From Nautiliaceae bacterium (GTDB lineage: Bacteria > Campylobacterota > Campylobacteria > Campylobacterales > Nautiliaceae), in contig JBDONT010000041.1 of NCBI GenBank assembly GCA_039831155.1, positions 1 to 64,000 on the forward strand: DNA of 64,000 nucleotides, in the 5' to 3' direction. Every line of letters starts with the position of its first letter. The stretch's first letter is position 1. The position numbers were made by a program, and so were the translations under genes. Shown piece by piece: positions 58,558 through 64,000 of this stretch. Under the pieces are notes generated by a model. The model ran no database searches, was not told the origin of the DNA, and saw nothing but the letters and a program-made list of their open reading frames with translations.

Positions 58558-58998
58558 ATGGGAAATTTAAAAGATGTAATTAAAAATATAGTAGAAGATA
58601 ACGGGTGTGAGCTTTATGATATCGATATCGCTCAAGAAGGCGACCATAAATATTATAGAGTTTATATTACAAAGCCGGGGGGAGTTAATTTAAACGACTG
58701 TGCTAAAATCAATAACCTTTTATCTCCTATTTTCGATATAGAAGACCCGGTGGAGGGGAAATATTTCTTAGAAGTATCAAGTCCCGGACTTGAGAGAAAG
58801 CTTACAAAACCGGAGCATTTTGAAAAGAGTATCGGAGAAAATGTAAAAGCGACTCTTAACGACGGTACTAAAATCAAAGGTCAGCTTAAAAGTTTTGCTG
58901 ATAATGTAGCAGAAATAGGAAAAGAAAAAGTAAACTTTAACGATATTAAAAAAGCCAAAACTTATATAGAATGGAATAAATATAAGTTTGATGAATAA
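58558..58998 (+). CDS. rimP: Ribosome maturation factor RimP
   Basis: RVYI...GGV.L.DC, Y.LEVSSPGLER.L; own TGATATAAT at 58531-39. Confidence 0.94.
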   Translation: MGNLKDVIKNIVEDNGCELYDIDIAQEGDHKYYRVYITKPGGVNLNDCAKINNLLSPIFDIEDPVEGKYFLEVSSPGLERKLTKPEHFEKSIGENVKATLNDGTKIKGQLKSFADNVAEIGKEKVNFNDIKKAKTYIEWNKYKFDE

Positions 58999-59953
58999 TT
59001 TTTTGCTCGAAGCTTCACTTAACGAAGCCTGGAAATATCAGTTTTTAACCTATCCGAATCCGGCTGTGGGGGCGGCGATAATTGTAAAAAACACTCTCTT
59101 CGTATCAGCTCACAAAAAAGCCGGTTTTCCTCACGCCGAAGTAAATGTTTTGTGGGAGGCTTACAAAGCTTTTCATTATACTCCGAATCTTAAAAGCTCA
59201 CAAGAAATCCATCAATTTTTAATCAAAAACCACAACGGCTTTTTTAAAGAAGCTAATATCTTCGTAACCTTAGAGCCTTGTTCTCATATTGGAAAAACCC
59301 CCTCTTGTGCTAATCTTTTAAGTGTTTTAAAGCCAAAGAGTGTAGCTATCGGCTATCTTGACCCGATTATTGAGCATAGCGGTGGGGTAGAAATTCTCAA
59401 AAATGCAGGGATTGATGTAAAAGTTTTAAATGATAAGAGATGTTATGATTTGATTGAACCTTTTATTAAGTGGCAAAAGAGGTTTGTATTTTTTAAACTT
59501 GCCCAGAGTTTAAACGGATCAATTACGGGAGGGTATATAAGTAGCGAAACTTCACTTAACTGGGTGCACAAAATAAGAGATAAGATAGATTTACTTGTAA
59601 TTGGTGGAAATACCGTAAGAATTGACAGACCTACTCTTGATAGCAGACGTGTAAAAGGGAAATCTCCGGATGTTTTGATTTATAGCAAAGAAAAAAAGTT
59701 TGATAAAACAATCCCTCTTTTTAATGTTGAAAGAAAAGTTTTTATTGAGGATACTCTTGATAAAATTAATGATTATAAGTTTATAATGATTGAGGGGGGA
59801 GAGAGGCTTTATAATGAGCTAAAAGATATGGTAGATTGGAAAGTTTTTATTGTATCTCCTAAAATGTATGATAGAATAAATTATAAAAGTGAAGATAAAT
59901 TTGAAATTTTACATACTCTTAAAAATGATGATTTGATTGTATTCGGGAGGTAA
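58991..59953 (+). CDS. ribD: Riboflavin biosynthesis deaminase/reductase
   Basis: PNPAVGA, HAE, TLEPCSH.GKTPSC, KLAQSLNG, GGNTVR.D.P.L. Confidence 0.93.
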   Translation: MNNFLLEASLNEAWKYQFLTYPNPAVGAAIIVKNTLFVSAHKKAGFPHAEVNVLWEAYKAFHYTPNLKSSQEIHQFLIKNHNGFFKEANIFVTLEPCSHIGKTPSCANLLSVLKPKSVAIGYLDPIIEHSGGVEILKNAGIDVKVLNDKRCYDLIEPFIKWQKRFVFFKLAQSLNGSITGGYISSETSLNWVHKIRDKIDLLVIGGNTVRIDRPTLDSRRVKGKSPDVLIYSKEKKFDKTIPLFNVERKVFIEDTLDKINDYKFIMIEGGERLYNELKDMVDWKVFIVSPKMYDRINYKSEDKFEILHTLKNDDLIVFGR

Positions 59954-59954
59954 T

Positions 59955-60968
59955 GTGTTTAAAATACATCAGAGAAGGTATCTTGGTAATAAAGCGAAAG
60001 TATTGGATTTAATTGAAGATGTAATTAGAAAAAATATAGGGGAGTTTCATTCTTTTTGTGACATTTTTGCAGGGACGGGAAGTGTCGGGGCATATTTCAA
60101 TGATGAAAATAAAAAGATTATATTAAATGATTTTTTATATCACAATTATGTAACTATAAATGCTTTTTTAAGCAGTGAAAATTTTGATGAAAAAAAAATA
60201 AAAGATTTAATAAATGAGTTAAATCAATTAGAATCAAAAGAAGAAAATTATTTTTCTATAAATTTCGGAGGTAGGTATTTTTGTAAAAAAAATGCAATTA
60301 AAATAGGTGCGATTAGAGAAAAGATAAAAGAGTGGTTTGTAAGTGGGGCAATAAATAGAAAAGAAAAAAATATTTTATTAACCTCACTTATTTACTCTAT
60401 AGATAAAATTGCAAATACGGTAGGGCATTATGATGCGTATATAAAAAAAGAAATAAAAGAAAAAGATTTGATTTTAAAAGTGCTTGAAATTGATAATGAA
60501 AAAAATAAAAAGAATGAAATCTATAATATGGACGCAAATGTTTTAATTAGAGAAATTGAATGTGATGTTTTATATATAGACCCTCCGTATAATAGCAGAC
60601 AATATTCGAACATGTATCATGTTTTGGAGAATTTAGCCCTTTGGCAAAAACCGGAAGTAAAGGGAGTGGCAAAGAAATTTGATACGAGTCATTTAAAAAG
60701 TGGATATAATCAAAAAAATGCGATAAATTTTTTTGAGGATTTAATTTTAAATGCAAAAGCTCAATATATTTTACTTAGTTATAATAATATGGGTAATAAA
60801 GGACATAGCAGAAGCAATGCAAGAATTAGTGATGAAGATATTTTAAAAGTTTTAAGACAAAGAGGTAAAGTAGAAATTTTTGAAAAAGAGTATAAAGAAT
60901 TTACAACAGGCAAAAGTAAAAGAGGAGAAAATAAAGAGAGAGTGTTTTTTGTGGAGATTGTGAAGTGA
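59955..60968 (+). CDS. D12-class N6-adenine DNA methyltransferase (type IIS-associated)
   Basis: RRYLGNK, DIFAGTGSVG, ANTVGHY, DPPYN.RQY...YH.LE; GTG 59955 after SD GGAGG. Confidence 0.9.
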   Translation: MFKIHQRRYLGNKAKVLDLIEDVIRKNIGEFHSFCDIFAGTGSVGAYFNDENKKIILNDFLYHNYVTINAFLSSENFDEKKIKDLINELNQLESKEENYFSINFGGRYFCKKNAIKIGAIREKIKEWFVSGAINRKEKNILLTSLIYSIDKIANTVGHYDAYIKKEIKEKDLILKVLEIDNEKNKKNEIYNMDANVLIREIECDVLYIDPPYNSRQYSNMYHVLENLALWQKPEVKGVAKKFDTSHLKSGYNQKNAINFFEDLILNAKAQYILLSYNNMGNKGHSRSNARISDEDILKVLRQRGKVEIFEKEYKEFTTGKSKRGENKERVFFVEIVK

Positions 60969-61570
60969 ATAAAAATATATGTAACATAGTAGAAAATTTA
61001 AATTTTATATTAAATCCCAAAAATATATATATAGAATTTAAAAATTCTAATATTAAGTGTAAAAGTTCTTTGAAGGATTATGATATACGAGTAGTTTATA
61101 ACAATAATTTAAGAATATTTGAACCTTATAATTTTTATTTGGATTTGAAAAATTTTAGTTTACTATATTGTAAAAAAGAAAATTTGAAAGTTTTTTGTAT
61201 ATTTGTAAATCAGTACACATTAAGAGATTTTAATGAATTTATTATAAGCAACCAAAATGAATATATAGAAAATTTGAAAGATACAATAGGAAAATATATA
61301 AAATTAGAAAAATATATTATTAAAAAATGTAAATATATTGGTAATTTATATTGTTATAATAGTAAATTAAATAGAAATTTAATAAGTTTAAATAATTTTT
61401 TGAAAAAAAATAAAAAGAATTATATTTTTATAGTGAATAACGAATATGTTATTTTTGAAAAATATAAAAATGCTAATTTATATTTATATGATTTACATTT
61501 TAATAGTAGCTTGTCTTTTTCAGAAATAAACTTTTTTTATGATTTTATTCAAAAAGGTAAAAAATTATGA
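60965..61570 (+). CDS. Hypothetical protein (very AT-rich) inside the R-M cluster
   Basis: 201-aa ORF overlapping both neighbours by 4 nt; no motif recognised. Confidence 0.55.
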   Translation: MNKNICNIVENLNFILNPKNIYIEFKNSNIKCKSSLKDYDIRVVYNNNLRIFEPYNFYLDLKNFSLLYCKKENLKVFCIFVNQYTLRDFNEFIISNQNEYIENLKDTIGKYIKLEKYIIKKCKYIGNLYCYNSKLNRNLISLNNFLKKNKKNYIFIVNNEYVIFEKYKNANLYLYDLHFNSSLSFSEINFFYDFIQKGKKL

Positions 61571-63282
61571 AACTATGGTCAATTTCAACAACCTTAAGAA
61601 ACCCGTATAGATTCAAAGATTTTTTAAAAGTTTTAGCAGAATTAGAAGGAAAAGAGTGGAATAAAAATACTCAAATGGAATTTCAGATAAGATTAATTCA
61701 AAACAGATTATACGGACTTACAAATCAGTTTTTAAAAGATTTGCCAAAAGAATTAGAAGAAAAGTTTTTAGACTTTAATAAGCCTTTGAGTTTTAAAACG
61801 GCAAAAAAGATATTTGAAATTAAAAATTATACCGACCCTTCAATGAGAGGGAGAACTTCATTTAAACCGTTGGAAAAATTTGGGGCAGTATCAGTTATTA
61901 ACGGTAAAGTTACAATTACGAAACTGGGAAAATGGATTTTAAGTGAAGAGTTTGATATAAATAAATTTTTTTTAAAATCTCTTTTAAAATGGCAATATGC
62001 AAATCCTTTAGATAGAGATTTTAGGGATTTTGATATTAAACCTTTTGTAGCTACATTGGAATTAATTGATAAAGTTAATAAATTTTGTATTGAAAATGGT
62101 AAAAAAGCAAAGGGAATATCATTTTGGGAATTTGAGATTTTTGTATTAAGTTTAAGTCATTATAAAAATATAGATTTGCATGTAATGGAATTAATTGCTT
62201 TTAGGGAAGAATTGGAAAAGCAAAAGGATTTTAGAAAAAAAGAAAGGTTTTATAAAGAATTTAAAAATGAATATTTAAAAGATTTTTCAAATAAAAAGCA
62301 TTTAAGGGACTATGCTGGTAATGTAATAAGATATTTTAGATTGACAAATTTATTATATTTAAGAGGAGGTGGCTTTTATATTGATATAGATTATAGAAAA
62401 AAAGAAGTTGTTGAATTTATAATAAATAACATTAAATCATCAAAAGAAGAGTTTGATAACAAATTTAAATATATAGATTATTTGTCTGATATTAATGTTC
62501 CAAATTTCAATTTTGAAGAAAAAGAATTTATTATAAGGGATATTTTAGAAATTACAAATAAATATTCTTTACATGATTTAGAAAAAAAAGATATGTCGGA
62601 ATTAAAACAAATTTTACAAGAAATAAGATTACAAAAGCAAAAACAAATTTTTCAACAAATTAAACAAATTGAAAAAACAATTGAAAACTTAAAAAATTAT
62701 AGAAATCATCCTATTTTAAAGCCAAGTATTGCTCTTGAAAAATTTATAACCGAAGCTTTATTAATAATAAACGATGCGTTAAAAATAAAGCCTAATTATA
62801 TTTCAGGTGACGATGGTGAAATTATTTTTACTGCTCCAGCAGAGACTCCGGATATTGAATGTTTTTATCAGTCTTTTAATTCAATTTGTGAAGTTACTAA
62901 TTTAACAAGTAGAGACCAATGGTATAATGAGGGACAACCTGTAATGAGGCATTTAAGAGATTTTGAAAATAAATATTCAAATTCTTATGCTCTTTTTGTT
63001 GCTCCTAAATTGCATAAAGACACAATTAATACTTTTTGGTTTGCCGTAAAATATGAATATGAAGGTAAAAAACAAAAAATTGTTCCTTTAACAGTTTCTC
63101 AAATAATTGAAATTTTAGAGGTAATAAAAGTTTTAAAAGAAAACGGAAAAAGATTAACTCATTTACAATTTAAAGAAATGCTGGATGAAATTGTGAATGT
63201 AAATAATTATTCTAATTCACAAGAATGGGTAAATACAATTCCTAAAATCATTGAAAAATATAAGGAAAAATTATGCAGTTAA
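61567..63282 (+). CDS. AlwI-family type IIS restriction/nicking endonuclease
   Basis: WSISTT.RNP.R, KWQY.NP, DYA....RYFR.T, C-terminal PD.E...EVT.....QW..E..PV.RH catalytic domain. Confidence 0.85.
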   Translation: MKLWSISTTLRNPYRFKDFLKVLAELEGKEWNKNTQMEFQIRLIQNRLYGLTNQFLKDLPKELEEKFLDFNKPLSFKTAKKIFEIKNYTDPSMRGRTSFKPLEKFGAVSVINGKVTITKLGKWILSEEFDINKFFLKSLLKWQYANPLDRDFRDFDIKPFVATLELIDKVNKFCIENGKKAKGISFWEFEIFVLSLSHYKNIDLHVMELIAFREELEKQKDFRKKERFYKEFKNEYLKDFSNKKHLRDYAGNVIRYFRLTNLLYLRGGGFYIDIDYRKKEVVEFIINNIKSSKEEFDNKFKYIDYLSDINVPNFNFEEKEFIIRDILEITNKYSLHDLEKKDMSELKQILQEIRLQKQKQIFQQIKQIEKTIENLKNYRNHPILKPSIALEKFITEALLIINDALKIKPNYISGDDGEIIFTAPAETPDIECFYQSFNSICEVTNLTSRDQWYNEGQPVMRHLRDFENKYSNSYALFVAPKLHKDTINTFWFAVKYEYEGKKQKIVPLTVSQIIEILEVIKVLKENGKRLTHLQFKEMLDEIVNVNNYSNSQEWVNTIPKIIEKYKEKLCS

Positions 63283-64000
63283 ATATAGTGTATAACGATG
63301 ATTGCTTAAATGTTTTAAATGATAATACAAAAATTGAAGATGAGTCGGTGCAACTTATTTTTGCTGACCCACCATATAATTTAAGTGGAAACGGATTAAA
63401 ACTTTTAGGTAATAAAACGGGTGGTGATTATTTTATGATTAATGAAGATTGGGATAAAATGGAAGAGAGGGAGTATTTTGATTTTACAAATGAATGGATA
63501 AGGGCTTCAAAAAGAATATTAAAACCAAACGGTAGTATATTTATATGTTGTAGTTATCATAATATCGGGGAATGTATGCTTGGGCTTAAAAACAATGGGT
63601 TTGAAGTAAAAAATATAATTACATGGCAAAAAACTAATGCAATGCCAAATTTAACAAGAAGAGTTTTGACTCATTCGACGGAATTTATAATTTGGGTGGT
63701 AAACGGAAAAAATTGGATATTTAATTATGAAGTTTTAAAGAAACTAAATCCGGAAAAAACAAAAGATGGTAAAAGTAAGCAGATGAGAGATGTTTGGCAA
63801 ATTTCTCTTTGTCAAGGAAAAGAGAGATTAAAAGATGAAAACGGAAAAGCTTTGCATCCGACTCAAAAACCGGAAGAACTGTTAAAAAGGATAATTTTAG
63901 GATTTTCAAATGAAGAAGATATAGTGTTAGACCCATTTGCCGGAAGTGGAACGACATTAGTTGTAGCTAAACGTTTTAATAGAAAATTTATTGGAATTGA
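63273..64000 (+). CDS. Beta-class amino DNA methyltransferase (DpnA/CcrM-like), truncated at the window end
   Basis: Not in the ORF track; own translation MQLNIVYNDDCL...IFADPPYNL...WQKTNAMPN...HPTQKPE.LL..II...DPFAGSGTT...FIGI. Confidence 0.9.
   Translation, partial: MQLNIVYNDDCLNVLNDNTKIEDESVQLIFADPPYNLSGNGLKLLGNKTGGDYFMINEDWDKMEEREYFDFTNEWIRASKRILKPNGSIFICCSYHNIGECMLGLKNNGFEVKNIITWQKTNAMPNLTRRVLTHSTEFIIWVVNGKNWIFNYEVLKKLNPEKTKDGKSKQMRDVWQISLCQGKERLKDENGKALHPTQKPEELLKRIILGFSNEEDIVLDPFAGSGTTLVVAKRFNRKFIGI

Noticed and set aside
60965-61570. Small catalytic subunit of a BspD6I/BstNBI-type heterodimer
   Set aside because: The size is similar, but it lacks the PD...EVT...E..PV.RH motifs seen in the large subunit.
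601-63957. Many 60-160 aa ORFs in the track lying antisense or out of frame within long genes (e.g. 1248-1547, 22204-22548, 54945-55421, 63721-63957)
   Set aside because: They are shadows of well-supported genes, with no SD or recognisable motifs.

Overview
AT-rich, gene-dense bacterial chromosome segment. Gene content and order (Campylobacter-type dapD and recO; M23 peptidase-minC-lpxC-tsaB-like-thrB-ylxR-infB-rbfA-rimP) point to Campylobacterota, probably a Nautiliaceae-like vent organism (inference). Most of the window is housekeeping: acnB, kdsD, galU, glmS, dapD, rpmB, argJ, tRNA-Asn, tRNA-Thr, lutABC, gltB, ilvE, hisIE, bioD, flhB, lpxC, infB and ribD. The main accessory element is a ~10.3 kb cellulose-synthase operon (28367-38701) with an unusual order: small BcsR-like ORF, bcsA, bcsD-like, bcsB, bcsZ, SPOR-fused bcsC, bcsQ. 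A near-consensus sigma-28 (flagellar) promoter sits directly upstream of it. Other accessory elements are a Dam-type R-M pair between gltB and lutABC, an Rpn-family nuclease between infB and rbfA with an internal in-frame start, and an AlwI-family R-M cluster that runs off the window end. Also noted: a heme-c/EAL sensor next to galU-glmS, inverted heptamer repeats enclosing ylxR, an uncalled ORF after bcsQ, and strong GATC depletion. All calls come from reading the sequence by eye; no database searches were run.
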